From contig CAVTGG010000004.1 of the NCBI GenBank assembly GCA_963734155.1, positions 323,983 to 387,982 of the forward strand: a stretch of 64,000 nucleotides of DNA, written 5' to 3'. Of the stretch, positions 1-8,737 are shown piece after piece; positions within the stretch are counted from its first letter, which is position 1, and each line of letters starts with the position of its first letter. A program made the position numbers and the translations under genes. This stretch comes from an uncultured Acidobacteriota bacterium. Its GTDB lineage: Bacteria > Acidobacteriota > Thermoanaerobaculia > Gp7-AA8. The notes beneath the pieces are model-generated. The model was not told the DNA's origin and did not search any database. It saw only the letters and a list, made by a program, of their open reading frames with translations.

Positions 1-935
1 TCGACGTCGCGCTGTGGGGCGGCGTGATTCCGGGCAATACGCGCGAGCTGAAGCCGATGCTCGAGCGCGGCGCACGCGGCTTCAAATGTTTTCTCGTGCA
101 CTCGGGCGTCGACGAGTTCCCGAACGTGAACGAAGACGAGCTGCGCGATGCGGCGAAGACGCTGGCATCGACCGGCGCACCGCTGCTCGTGCACGCGGAG
201 CTGCCGGGTCCGCTCGAAGGTGCGCGCGCGGCGGTCGCGGGCGCGGATCCGAATGATTACCGCACGTATTTGCACTCGCGTCCGAACGCCGCCGAGGATC
301 AGGCCATCGAGTTGCTGCTGCGCGTCTGCCGCGACACCGGCGCGCGGATCCACGTCGTGCATCTGTCGTCGGCGAGCGCGTTGGAGATCGTCGCGCGCGC
401 GCGCAAAGCGAGGCTGCCGCTCAGCGCGGAGACGACGCCGCACTATCTGCACTTCGACGCGGAGTCGGTGCCGCACGGACACACGGAGTACAAATGCGCG
501 CCGCCGATCCGCGAGGCGCGCAATCGCGAGCAGCTCTGGCAGGGACTGCGCGACGGCATCCTCGAGCTCGTCGTCAGCGATCACTCGCCCTGCACGCCGG
601 AGCTGAAGCACGGCACCTTCGACAGCGCGTGGGGCGGCATCGCTTCGCTGCAGTTCGTGCTGCCGATCGTCTGGCGCGGCGCGCGCAAACGCGGCTTCAC
701 GCTCAATCACCTCGCGCGCTGGTGCTGCGAAGCGCCGGCTGAGCTCGCGGGCCTGAAGCAGAAAGGCGCGATCGAAGTGGGACGCGACGCCGATTTCGTG
801 GTGTGGTCGCCCGAGGAATCGTTCACCGTTTCGCCCGACCTCATCGAGCACCGCCACAAAGTCACGCCGTACCTCGGCGCGGAGCTGCATGGAGTGGTGA
901 AGGAGACGTGGGTGCGCGGTAGTATTCGCGCGTGA
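1..935 (+). CDS. allB: Allantoinase, 5'-truncated at the window edge (cyclic amidohydrolase family)
   Basis: ORF frame 3..935. Conserved amidohydrolase motifs (DVALWGG, FKCFLVHSG, LLVHAE, HLSSA, SDHSPC) match allantoinase/dihydropyrimidinase. Lies in a urate-catabolism gene neighbourhood. Confidence 0.8.
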   Translation, partial: DVALWGGVIPGNTRELKPMLERGARGFKCFLVHSGVDEFPNVNEDELRDAAKTLASTGAPLLVHAELPGPLEGARAAVAGADPNDYRTYLHSRPNAAEDQAIELLLRVCRDTGARIHVVHLSSASALEIVARARKARLPLSAETTPHYLHFDAESVPHGHTEYKCAPPIREARNREQLWQGLRDGILELVVSDHSPCTPELKHGTFDSAWGGIASLQFVLPIVWRGARKRGFTLNHLARWCCEAPAELAGLKQKGAIEVGRDADFVVWSPEESFTVSPDLIEHRHKVTPYLGAELHGVVKETWVRGSIRA

Positions 936-1880
936 GTTTCCGCGATCTTCTCGACCTCGCCTCCGAGCGCCTCGGCGGCTCGGTCGTTTACGCGAACGAC
1001 GACTTTTTCGCCGAGAAAGAAAATCTCATCAAGCCGCACGCGCCCGTGTGGAAAGAGCACGAATACACGGACAAGGGCAAGTGGATGGACGGCTGGGAGT
1101 CGCGCCGCAAGCGCGTGCCCGGCTATGACTTCGCGATCCTCCGCCTCGGCGCGCGCGGCGTCGTGCGCGGCGTCGTCGTCGACACCGCGTTCTTCCGCGG
1201 CAATTATCCGGACTCCTGCTCGATCGAAGGCTCGGTCGACGGCGAGACGTGGACCGAGCTGCTGCCGCAGTCGAAGCTGAAAGGCGACTCGCAAAACGAG
1301 TTCGGCATCGATCAACCGTTCGCGGTGACGCAGCTGCGCTTCAACATCTTTCCCGACGGCGGCGTGGCGCGGCTGCGCGTGCACGGCAACGTCGTGCCCG
1401 ACTGGCGGCTCGTCGGCGGACTCGGAAACGAGCTCGACCTCGCCGCGGCGGAAAACGGCGCCGAGGTGCTGACGTGCAGCGACATGTTCTTCGGCCCGAA
1501 GCACAACCTGATCATGCCGGGCCGCGCGCACAACATGAGCGACGGCTGGGAAACGCGGCGCCGCCGCGGACCGGGCCACGATTGGGTGATCGTGCAGCTC
1601 GCGGCGGAAGGCGACGTGCGGCGCATCGAAGTCGACACGAATCACTTCAAAGGCAACTATCCCGACACCGCGTCGATCGAGGGATCGCTCGACGGCGAGA
1701 CGTGGACCGAGCTCCTGCCGCGGACGAAACTGCAGGCGCACACGCGGCACTTCTTCATCGACGAGCTGCTGACCAGCGGCCCGTTCACGCACCTGCGCAT
1801 GAACGTCTATCCCCGACGGAGGCGTGAGCCGCCTGCGCGTGTGGGGCCGCGCCACCGAGGCCGGCCGGCGCGCCGCGGCG
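932..1880 (+). CDS. alc: Allantoicase with two allantoicase repeats; apparent single-base frameshift near 1810-1815, after which the second RLRVxG motif continues in another frame
   Basis: First repeat ends ...RFNIFPDGGVARLRVHG. Second repeat ends HLRMNVY then shifts frame to PDGGVSRLRVWG (frame of ORF 1824..). A C-run (tatccccgac) is at the shift. Confidence 0.7.
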
Positions 1881-2344
1881 GTGACGCGCGTGAACACGCT
1901 GCTCGATCTTCGCGAGCTGCATCGCGTGTGCGGCTCCGCCGCGATGGGTTTCAGAGTTCGCGGAAAAGCGGCCGTTCAAGTCGTGGGACGACATGGTCGA
2001 AGCGGCGCAGAAGACGTGGATGAAGCTCGACGAAGGCGACTGGCTCGAAGCCTTCTCCGCGCATCCGCGCATCGGCGAACGGAAAGCGGGATGGTCGCAG
2101 CAGGAGCAGTCCGGTACGCGCAGCGCGTCCTGCGGAAACGATGGACGCGCTTGCGGATGCGAACCGCGATTACGAGCAGAAGTTCGGCTTCATCTACCTC
2201 GTCTGCGCCACCGGCCGCGGCGCGGACGAGATGCTCGCGAACTGTCGCGATCGTCTCTCGAATGACCGCGCCGCGGAGTTGCGCATCGCCGCGGAAGAGA
2301 ACGCGAAGATCATCGCCTTGCGGCTGGAGAAACTGGTGCTCTGA
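1881..2344 (+). CDS. uraD: OHCU decarboxylase (2-oxo-4-hydroxy-4-carboxy-5-ureidoimidazoline decarboxylase), interrupted by two apparent frameshifts (~1940 and ~2130); no stop separates it from allantoicase (possible fusion)
   Basis: Motifs are spread over three frames: VCGSA / [26 protein letters not shown]...[14 protein letters not shown] / [22 protein letters not shown]. This is the classic UraD signature. Confidence 0.65.
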
Positions 2345-2652
2345 TGGCCGGAATCACGACGCACGTCCTCGACACCGCGAAAGGCCGCCCCGCCGCGAAC
2401 GTCCGCCTCACGCTGACGCGCGATGACCAGACGCTCTTCGACGGAGCGACCGACAACGACGGCCGCGCGCGTCTCCTCGACCGCGCGGAGCCCGGCACCT
2501 ACCGGCTCACGTTTCACACAGGCGAGTACAACCCGGACGGCTTTTTTCCTGAAGCCACGATCGTCTTTCGCATCGACGATCCCGCGCAGCAGCACTATCA
2601 CGTGCCGCTGCTTCTCAGCCCGTTCGGGTACTCAACGTATCGCGGCAGCTAG
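2344..2652 (+). CDS. uraH: 5-hydroxyisourate hydrolase (transthyretin-like)
   Basis: 102 aa with [12 protein letters not shown] and C-terminal YRGS motif. ATG overlaps the upstream TGA. Confidence 0.9.
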   Translation: MAGITTHVLDTAKGRPAANVRLTLTRDDQTLFDGATDNDGRARLLDRAEPGTYRLTFHTGEYNPDGFFPEATIVFRIDDPAQQHYHVPLLLSPFGYSTYRGS

Positions 2653-2653
2653 T

Positions 2654-2729
2654 CTGGAGTGCGGCGACGCCAGTCGCCGCTCTTGCTTCGCATTGAGTGA
2701 GAGCGGCAACTGGCGTTGCCGTACTCCAG
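2654..2729. terminator. Double-hairpin palindromic element (repeat family 4, outer stem GGAGTGCGG...CCGTACTCC) that exactly fills the gap between convergent stop codons; likely bidirectional terminator
   Basis: ctggagtgcggcgacgccagtcgccgc ... gcggcaactggcgttgccgtactccag. Two inner hairpins are enclosed by an outer stem. Confidence 0.6.
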
Positions 2730-2732
2730 ATG

Positions 2733-4022
2733 TCATGCGGCCCGCCGTCCTTGCAAGATCTTCACGAACGAGCGCGAGCGCAGCTCGTCGAGCGTGAGTC
2801 CCGTCGCCAGCGCTTCGTCTTCCGTCAGCGCGCCGCTGTTGATGCCGCGGATGAAGTAGTTGAGCAGGCCCTGGCCTGTCGCCGCGTCGTCGAAGACGTC
2901 GCCGACCAGCGTCGCCTGCCCCGCCTTCTGCATGAAATTGCGCAGCCGTTCGGTGGCGGCGGCGAGTCCTTCGAGGAAGAAGGAGTAGATCGCGGCGTAG
3001 CGCGTCGGCAGTTGCGCGGGATGGAGATCCCAACCTTGATAGTAGGCGTGCACGAGCGAGTGGCGGATGTGATCGACGTGCAGCTTCCAGGCGCGATGAA
3101 TCGTGTCGCGGTCGCCGATCGGCAGGATGTTCGTCGCGCCGTCGGAGAGCCAGATGCCGGTGCCGGCGTACGCGATCTGCATCATGTGCCGCGCGAAGTC
3201 GCAGGACGGATGGTCCATGCGCTGTTCGTTCGCGGTGATGTTGCAGCTGGCGGTGTAGTCGTACGTGCCGAAATGCGCGGCGACGGCGCGGCCGCGCGCG
3301 GCGTCGAGGAAGCGCGGCAGGTTCGACTCGCCGCGCTCGCTGAGGATCGACTGCGTCGTCTCGATCATGAACTCGAGCCGCAGCGTGTTCGCGGCGAGGC
3401 CGAGCTTCGGCTCGAGCGACTCGAAGATGTCGACGAGCAGCGTGACCTGCTCCGGCAGTTGAATCTTCGGCAGCGTGATGACGAAGCCGGATGGCAGCTT
3501 GCCGTTTGTTTCGCCGAGGAGCGTGGTGAGGAAGATGTCGAACGTGCGGATACCGCGGCGCATCAGCTCCGAGGAGAACGGCTTGATGCGGATGCCGATG
3601 AACGGCGGCAGCGTGCCTTCGCGCAGACCCGTCGCGACCTCGCGCGCGCATCGCGCGGCGTCGCGGTCTTCTTCGTCGTCAGGCCGATTGCCGTAGCCAT
3701 CCTCGAAGTCGATGCGAAAGTCTTCGACCGGCTCGCGCCCGAGCTTCTCCACCACGCGCGACCAGATCGTTTCCGCGTGCGCGTCGGCGACGCCGATCGC
3801 GCGCGCGAACGTGAACGGATCGATGCCGTGCTCGTCGAGGATGCTCCTCCCCTTCTCGCCGAGCTTGCGCGTCGTGTCGGACTTGAACAGCTGCGCGCCG
3901 CCGTACACCGTGTGCACCGGCTGGCGCTCGCCGGCGTTGCCGGGGAAGCGGCGCATGAACGGCACGAGTGCGTCCTGCAGCGGTTTGGAGAGCTTGTCGA
4001 TTTCGTTTTCGCTGAGCGTCAT
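2733..4022 (-). CDS. Malate synthase/CitE(HpcH)-like TIM-barrel family protein (possible glyoxylate-processing enzyme of the purine pathway)
   Basis: 429 aa. FRIDFEDGYG resembles the DFED(S) active-site region of malate synthase/CitE. Start overlaps the puuD-like stop (ATGA). Located in the allantoin/glyoxylate context. Confidence 0.35.
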   Translation of the reverse strand: MTLSENEIDKLSKPLQDALVPFMRRFPGNAGERQPVHTVYGGAQLFKSDTTRKLGEKGRSILDEHGIDPFTFARAIGVADAHAETIWSRVVEKLGREPVEDFRIDFEDGYGNRPDDEEDRDAARCAREVATGLREGTLPPFIGIRIKPFSSELMRRGIRTFDIFLTTLLGETNGKLPSGFVITLPKIQLPEQVTLLVDIFESLEPKLGLAANTLRLEFMIETTQSILSERGESNLPRFLDAARGRAVAAHFGTYDYTASCNITANEQRMDHPSCDFARHMMQIAYAGTGIWLSDGATNILPIGDRDTIHRAWKLHVDHIRHSLVHAYYQGWDLHPAQLPTRYAAIYSFFLEGLAAATERLRNFMQKAGQATLVGDVFDDAATGQGLLNYFIRGINSGALTEDEALATGLTLDELRSRSFVKILQGRRAA

Positions 4023-4024
4023 CA

Positions 4025-4789
4025 ATGCTTCCGAATCACGTGCGCGATCGCCCATCCCACGAGGATGAACACCGCCAGCATCTTCCAGTCATACCCGCGC
4101 ATGGCGATCGGGAAGTGCCCGTTCATCATGATGAGCACGACCGGCCACACGATGTACGTGTTGTGTTTCGAGCGGAACTTGGCGCGGTCGGCGAGGCGCG
4201 GATCGGGCTCGCGCCCTTCGCGTACGGCCGCGACCATTTTTTTCTGCGCGGGGATGATGCGCTCCCAGACGTTCGCGGCCATCGCCGTTCCCATGAGCGC
4301 GCCGATGTGCATGTAGGACGCGCGCGGGCTCATCACGTGCGGCAGCCACCACGCCAGCCCCACCAGCGCGGCGTACGAGATGACGATCAGCAGCGGCTCC
4401 GGCAGCGGCGAGAGCCACAGCAGGTCATACAGTTTCCAGCCGACGAAGATGAGCCCGATGCCCCAGATCGCGGCAGTCGTGAAGTTCTGCTCCGAGACCA
4501 GCAATCCGCCGAAGTAGTAGACGAGGATCAGCAGCAGCAATCCGCTGATCCACGTGATCGCCGCCTCCCACTTGAACCAATGCAGCGTGTGCTCGGACGA
4601 CGGCTTCTTCGTTTTGTTGACGACGTAGAACCCGCCGCTGTGAACCATCCACACCTGATCGGGATCGGTGGTGTGGAAGCGGCGGTCGAGCCAGGTGAAG
4701 TAGTACGTCGCGCCGACCCACATGATGCCGGCGAAGACATGCACCCAGCGGAAGGCGAGGTTGAGCCACTCCTGTACGACGTAATTCAT
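4025..4789 (-). CDS. puuD: PuuD-like urate hydroxylase membrane domain protein (COG3748-type) lacking the C-terminal cytochrome c domain
   Basis: About 255 aa polytopic membrane protein (WVHVFAGIMWVGATYYF...), downstream of xdhB. Similar to the N-terminal membrane domain of cytochrome-c urate oxidase PuuD. Confidence 0.5.
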
Positions 4790-4795
4790 AAGCTT

Positions 4796-4870
4796 GAACG
4801 CAGAGCGCAAAGAACGTAGAAACTAGAAAATTCTCAATTCTACGTGCTGCGTTCTGCGTTTCTACTGTTG
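4796..4870. repeat. Repeat family 2: palindromic (GAACGCA)n hairpin, intercistronic between xdhB and puuD
   Basis: gaacgcagagcgcaaagaacgtagaa...ttctacgtgctgcgttctgcgtttc. Related copies at 54666-54766 and 56779-56869. Confidence 0.8.
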
Positions 4871-7087
4871 TTGCCTTCGCGAGTACTCCGTCAGTCGCGA
4901 AAGGATCTCCTCGTTCGTCGCCGGCAACCGCAGCCGCGCGATGTCTCCGTTCGCGACGGATTGCAGCGCGTTCTTCACCGCGCACCAGATCGAGATCGCC
5001 ATCAGCAGCGGCGGCTCGCCGACGGCTTTGCTGCCGCGGACGTTGATGGGATTGTCGACGTCGATCCAATCGACGTTGAAGACTTCGGGGACGTCGTTGA
5101 TGTTCGGGATCTTGTACGTCGTCGGCGAGTGCGAGAGCAGCACGCCTTTGTCGTCGTACCGCAGCTCCTCGGTGGTGACCCAGCCCATTCCCTGAACGAA
5201 CGCGCCGATGAGCTGGCCGCGGTCGATGCCGGGATTGATCGGCTTGCCGATGTCCATCAGCACGTCGCTGCGCAGCACTTTCAAATCGCCCGTGAACCGG
5301 TCGATCAGCACTTCGGAACACGCCACGCCCATCGTGAAGTAGAGGAACGGCGTGCCGCGGCCGCTGGTCCAGTCCCAGTCGAGGCGCGGCGTGGCGTAGA
5401 ACCCGCGCTCGCCGAGGGAGACGCGCTCGTGATACGCGAGCTTCACCAGCATCTCCCACGAATCCTGCTTGCCGAGGTGCGCCTCGAGCTCGTCGAGGCG
5501 GAAGCGGATCTTGCGCGCCGCATCGACCGCCGCGCTGCCGTTGAGATCCGCCGCGCTCGAGGCCGCGCTCGCCGACGTGTTGTTGTTCTTCTCCGTCGAC
5601 GTGATCATCACGCTCACGCGCTCGACCGGGATGCGCAGCTCATCGGCGACGAGCTGCCCGATCTTCGTGTTCACGCCCTGCCCCATCTCCGTCGCGCCGG
5701 TCGAGACCTGCACGCTGCCGTCGAGGTAGATGTTCACGAGCGCGTTCGCCTGATTGAGAAACTTCGTGTTGAAGGAGATGCCGAACTTCACCGCGGAAAT
5801 CGAGATGCCTTTGAGCTGCGTCTGTGACGTCGCGTTGAACGCGCGCACCGCTTCGACGCGCGCGCGGTAGTCGCAGCGCTCGGGCAGCTCGGTGAAGAGC
5901 CGAGGCAGCGTGTTGTTCGGAACCACCTCTTCATACGGCGTGGTGTTGCGCGTCTCGACGCCGTAGCAGTTCACGCGGCGCACATCGAGCGCGTCTTTCT
6001 TCAGGAACGCGGCGATCTCTTCGATGATGTTCTCCATCGTCGCCACGCCTTGCGGTCCGCCGAAGCCGCGGAACGCGGTGTTCGGAGGCATGTTCGTGCG
6101 GCAAACCGTGCCGCGGATGTCGATGTTCGCGATGTAGTACGCGTTCTCCGCGTGGGTCATGGCGCGGGCCATGACCGCCGGCGAGAGATCGGCGTACGCG
6201 CCGCCGTCGGAGTAGAAGTCGATCTTCATCCCGACGATCTCGCCGCTGCGCGTGAATCCGACGCGATAGCGGTTCTGAAACGCGTGACGCTTTCCCGTCA
6301 CGTGCATGTCGGTGTCTTTGTCGTAGACGATGCGCGTGGGCCGCTTCGTTTTCTGCGACACGAGCGCAGCCATCGCCGCGGGATGCGTGGCCTGCGCTTC
6401 CTTGCCGCCGAACGCGCCGCCCATCCGCTTGGTCGTGACCACGACCTGATTCATCTGCAGTCCCAGCAGATGCGCGATGACTTCCTGCACCTCGGTCGGA
6501 TGTTGCGTCGAGGACAGCACGTGCATCGCGCCGTTTTCGCCCGGCTGGATGATCGCTGCTTGCGATTCGAGATAGAAGTGATCCTGGCCGAGGTTGCGGA
6601 ACACGCCTTCGAGGACATGCTCGGCGGAGGCGAGCGCAGCGTCGGCATCGCCGCGGCGGATGTAGCGCGTCTCGCCGATGAAGCTCTGCGCGGCGATGGC
6701 GTCGTCGATCTCGAAGATCGGCGTGAGCTCCTCGAATTCGATTTTGACGGCGCGCTTCGCCGCGTCGACCGCTTCGCGCGTTTCCGCGGCGACGACGACG
6801 ATCGGCTGGCCGCGGAACGTGCAGTGGCCGTCGTCGACGAGGAGCGGCTCGTCGGCGATGATCGGACCGAGGCGGTTGTGATGCAGGTCTTCGTGCGTGT
6901 AGACGTGCGCGAGCTTCTTCGCTTCGCTCACATCGAGCGAGACGATGCGCGCGTGGGCGTAGGGCGACCAGACGAAGTCGACGACGAGCTCGCCATGCAG
7001 CGGCGGCAGGTCATCGACATACATCGACTCGCCGGTCACGTGACCGCGCGCGGAATCGTGCGGGATGTCCTTGCCGACGGAGGGCAT
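4862..7087 (-). CDS. xdhB: Xanthine dehydrogenase molybdopterin-binding (large) subunit
   Basis: 741 aa from MPSVGKDIPHDSARGHVTGE. Shows the aldehyde-oxidase/xanthine-dehydrogenase MoCo domain pattern. The ORF-track extension upstream of this Met is GC-rich read-through. Confidence 0.9.
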   Translation of the reverse strand: MPSVGKDIPHDSARGHVTGESMYVDDLPPLHGELVVDFVWSPYAHARIVSLDVSEAKKLAHVYTHEDLHHNRLGPIIADEPLLVDDGHCTFRGQPIVVVAAETREAVDAAKRAVKIEFEELTPIFEIDDAIAAQSFIGETRYIRRGDADAALASAEHVLEGVFRNLGQDHFYLESQAAIIQPGENGAMHVLSSTQHPTEVQEVIAHLLGLQMNQVVVTTKRMGGAFGGKEAQATHPAAMAALVSQKTKRPTRIVYDKDTDMHVTGKRHAFQNRYRVGFTRSGEIVGMKIDFYSDGGAYADLSPAVMARAMTHAENAYYIANIDIRGTVCRTNMPPNTAFRGFGGPQGVATMENIIEEIAAFLKKDALDVRRVNCYGVETRNTTPYEEVVPNNTLPRLFTELPERCDYRARVEAVRAFNATSQTQLKGISISAVKFGISFNTKFLNQANALVNIYLDGSVQVSTGATEMGQGVNTKIGQLVADELRIPVERVSVMITSTEKNNNTSASAASSAADLNGSAAVDAARKIRFRLDELEAHLGKQDSWEMLVKLAYHERVSLGERGFYATPRLDWDWTSGRGTPFLYFTMGVACSEVLIDRFTGDLKVLRSDVLMDIGKPINPGIDRGQLIGAFVQGMGWVTTEELRYDDKGVLLSHSPTTYKIPNINDVPEVFNVDWIDVDNPINVRGSKAVGEPPLLMAISIWCAVKNALQSVANGDIARLRLPATNEEILSRLTEYSRRQQQ

Positions 7088-7119
7088 GGCGAAGAGCGTG
7101 ATTGTACGATGATCTCGAA

Positions 7120-7142
7120 CCCGTGCCCGTGCCCGCACGGGA
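7120..7142. repeat. Repeat family 1: short (GCCCGT)n hairpin in the divergent xdhB / sigma-factor promoter region
   Basis: cccgtgcccgtgcccgcacggg. Confidence 0.6.
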
Positions 7143-7169
7143 GTGTGTCGCGAATGATTTGTTCTCGGG

Positions 7170-7742
7170 GTGCCGTCTAACCGGGCAATGGACGAACGAT
7201 TTCTGGTCCAGCGGATGGTGCGCGGCGATGAGGGGGCGTTCGAGGAGTTCTTCAACGCCAACTTCGGGCCGCTGTTCCGGTTCGCGCTGCCGCGCGTCGG
7301 CGGGGACGCCGACGTGGCCGAGGAAGTGGTGCAGCTGGCGCTGTGCCGCACGGTGCGGAAGCTGGCGACGTATCGCGGCGAGGCGTCGCTGCTGACCTGG
7401 CTCTGCACGATCTGCCGCCACGAGATTCACGACTGGTTCGAGAAACAAAGGAGGGTTCCGCCGATGGTCGAACTGGTGGAGGATCTGCCGGAGGTGCGCG
7501 CGGCGCTCGATTCGCTGGACGCGGTGCAGAAGAAAGAGACCGCGCGGCTCGTGCAGGTCGTGCTCGACCGGCTGCCGAACCGCTACGGCGACGCGCTGGA
7601 GTGGAAATACATCGAAGGGCTTTCGGTCGCGGAGATCGGCGAACGCCTGGGCGTGGCGACGAAGGCCGCGGAGTCGCTGCTGGCGCGCGCGCGGGTGGCA
7701 TTCCGCGACGCGTTCCAAGCGGTGCAGGGAGTGCAGGCATGA
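7170..7742 (+). CDS. ECF (sigma-70 family, group IV) RNA polymerase sigma factor, FecI-like
   Basis: Region 2 (FEEFFNANFGPLFRFAL...AEEVVQLAL) and region 4 HTH (LSVAEIGERLGVATKAAESLLARAR). Followed by FecR and a TonB-dependent receptor. Confidence 0.85.
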   Translation: MPSNRAMDERFLVQRMVRGDEGAFEEFFNANFGPLFRFALPRVGGDADVAEEVVQLALCRTVRKLATYRGEASLLTWLCTICRHEIHDWFEKQRRVPPMVELVEDLPEVRAALDSLDAVQKKETARLVQVVLDRLPNRYGDALEWKYIEGLSVAEIGERLGVATKAAESLLARARVAFRDAFQAVQGVQA

Positions 7743-8737
7743 AAGAAGACAACGAAGATCAGATCGCGGAGCTGCTGCGGCTCGCCGGCCCGCGTCCGCG
7801 GATCAGCGACGAGCGGACGGCGCGCGTGCGCGCGGCGGTGCGTGACGAGTGGAAGCGCAACGTGCGCAAACGAACGGGCGTGACGTGGCTGGCGATCGCG
7901 GCCGCCGCGGTGATTGCGATGATTCTGTTCGTGCCGCGCGCGAACAAGACGCCTGCTCCCGTGCCGGCGGTCGTCGTGGCAGAGGTGCAGGCGATCCGCG
8001 GCAACACGATTCCCGCGCTGCACGCGAGCGCTACCGTCGTTGCATCGACGAAGATCGAAACGCTCACCGGCAGCACGCTCTCGCTCGATTGGAACGGCGC
8101 GACGCTGCGCCTCGGCGAAGGGACGCGCGTGCAACTCGATGCGCAGACGGCCTCGCTCGAACGCGGAACAATTTATTTCGACAACGGCGGCGGGACGCCG
8201 CCGGGCCAGCCGGCGAGGACGCCGGCGTTCCCAGGTCGGAACGCCGCCGTCTCGGCGGCTGGTCAGGCGGCGTCCCGCCGCCTCGGCATTGCGATCAACA
8301 CTCCTTTCGGCGAGATCCGCGACATCGGAACGCAATTCGAAGTCCGCCTCGATGAACATTCGTTGCGCGTACGCGTGCGCGAAGGGCGCATCGATCTGCG
8401 TCGCGGCAATCAGGTTGAAGTCGCAGAGGCAGCGACCGAGTTGATTGCGGATCAAACGTCCGTGCACAAGAACGCGATCGCAATCAGCGGCGCGGAGTGG
8501 AAGTGGATCGAAGACGCCGCGCCGCCGCTGCGGCTCGAAGGGCTCACGCTGCGCGAGGCGGTCACGCGCGTCGCACGCGAAAAGGGCTTGCGCGTCGAGC
8601 TGCAGGGCGTCGACGGCAATGTGAAGCTGCACGGCAGCGTGGAGTTCACGCCGGATGAAGCGCTCGAGGCCGCGACTGCCGCGACGTCGGCCTCCTATCA
8701 GATCAGGAACGACACGCTCATCGTGAGAAAACACTGA
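7739..8737 (+). CDS. FecR-family anti-sigma factor / transmembrane sensor
   Basis: ATG overlaps the sigma stop (ATGA). N-terminal anti-sigma segment, one TM helix (WLAIAAAAVIAMILFV) and a periplasmic FecR domain (ATLRLGEGTRVQLDAQTASLERGTIYFD). Confidence 0.8.
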   Translation: MKEDNEDQIAELLRLAGPRPRISDERTARVRAAVRDEWKRNVRKRTGVTWLAIAAAAVIAMILFVPRANKTPAPVPAVVVAEVQAIRGNTIPALHASATVVASTKIETLTGSTLSLDWNGATLRLGEGTRVQLDAQTASLERGTIYFDNGGGTPPGQPARTPAFPGRNAAVSAAGQAASRRLGIAINTPFGEIRDIGTQFEVRLDEHSLRVRVREGRIDLRRGNQVEVAEAATELIADQTSVHKNAIAISGAEWKWIEDAAPPLRLEGLTLREAVTRVAREKGLRVELQGVDGNVKLHGSVEFTPDEALEAATAATSASYQIRNDTLIVRKH

